A stretch of 64,000 nucleotides of DNA from Octopus sinensis (taxonomy: Eukaryota): NCBI RefSeq assembly GCF_006345805.1, contig NC_043003.1, positions 78,492,001-78,556,000 on the forward strand. Reading direction: 5' to 3'. This document shows positions 63,164-64,000 of the stretch, in pieces; position 1 is the first letter of the stretch, and every line of letters starts with the position of its first letter. A model generated the notes under the pieces. It ran no database searches, was not told the origin of the DNA, and was given only the letters and a program-made list of their open reading frames with translations. The translations under genes were made by a program, and so were the position numbers.

Positions 63164-64000
63164 TACGAGGTCTGAACAATAAGTATCCGGACTGTTGCTA
63201 TAGTAACAAAGCTAAAGCACGCAGAGTGAAGCCGCTTGGTAAAAATTGACTTTGAACTCTGCTGTGCATGCGCACTAAGTTTTAACGTTCTAACACACTT
63301 CTGCTGTTTGCAGCAGGGCTTGGTAGAAAGGTGTGTAGCATGTGATCGTTGCATTGACTATAAGAGAGAAAGTTGTTATGACGATACCAGCTCAGAGCCC
63401 TACACAAAGTTGCAGAAAGCGTATGAGCCGCATAGAAGTGTACGAGTGTTTCAGACGTTTCGAAGATAGCCGAAAAAACGTCGATATTGAGGAACGTTCT
63501 GGGAGACCCGCACCCAACAGAACTGAGAAAAATATCGCAAATGTACGTACAAGTGTGAGGGAAAATCGCCGAATCACTATCCGTGAGCTATCAGAGGATG
63601 TGCAGATTAGTTACGGTTCAGTTCAGTCCATTATCACTGAAGATATGTGTATGAGGCGCGTGTCTGCTAAGTTTGTGCCAAAACTGCTTTCAGATGACCA
63701 AGAAGACGCTCAGGTTTCAGTTGCTGAAGATTTACTTGATTGTGTCGAGATCTATGAAAAATCTTTGAAAACTTTGCATAAGCCGCTGAGTAGGTATCGC
63801 CAAGCTTTTGGCAACATTTGAAGCAAATTCTCTGCTCAACTTTCCCTACAATGGTCAACGTTACGATCACACGCTAAACAGCGGAAATAAGCTAGAAGGT
63901 TAAAACTTAGTGCGCATACACAGCAGAGTCCAAGCGGCTTCACTCTGCGTGTTACAGCTTCGGTACTATGGCAACAGTCCGGATACATATTGATCAAACC
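63164..64000. mobile_element. Two mariner 5' halves joined in inverted orientation; the right end runs off the window
   Basis: Left TACGAGGTCTGAACAATAAGTATCCGGACTGTTGC plus HTH and ...SAKFVPKLL (+); right end is the reverse complement GGTTTGATCAATATGTATCCGGACTGTTGC plus VEQRICFKCCQKLG (-); junction at about 63769-63774. Confidence 0.85.

Overview
This is a repeat-saturated, AT-rich eukaryotic window with no confidently identifiable host protein-coding gene. The repeat landscape (tRNA-derived SINEs, RTE and R4/Dong LINEs, mariners, dense microsatellites) looks like an Octopus genome; that assignment is inferred from recognised repeats, not from a search. Almost all ORFs in the supplied track are microsatellite artefacts, and the real coding signal is transposon-derived. 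The main structures are as follows. (1) A ~7 kb chain (19.1-26.4 kb) of co-oriented, 5'-truncated R4/Dong-clade LINE insertions from three subfamilies, plus two copies of an unclassified ~555-bp element, with most modules separated by (TAA)n arrays. One LINE copy keeps a 632-codon frame with a single stop. (2) A type I hammerhead ribozyme motif of the Penelope-associated kind with an intact core (48.27-48.41 kb, minus strand), plus three decayed relatives. (3) A young 94-bp higher-order satellite built from degenerate CCCTAA telomere-like monomers (53.7-54.6 kb). (4) Several foldback/MITE-like inverted repeats, including a 131-bp near-perfect palindrome. (5) A SINE family repeatedly nested into itself. 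(6) Decayed mariner, maT, RTE, HERO-like, hAT and Helitron remnants. A few candidate micro-exons are noted at low confidence. I found no evidence strong enough to claim a new biological system; the leads are ranked by interest. SINE-A/B/C/D and element F/G are working labels only.
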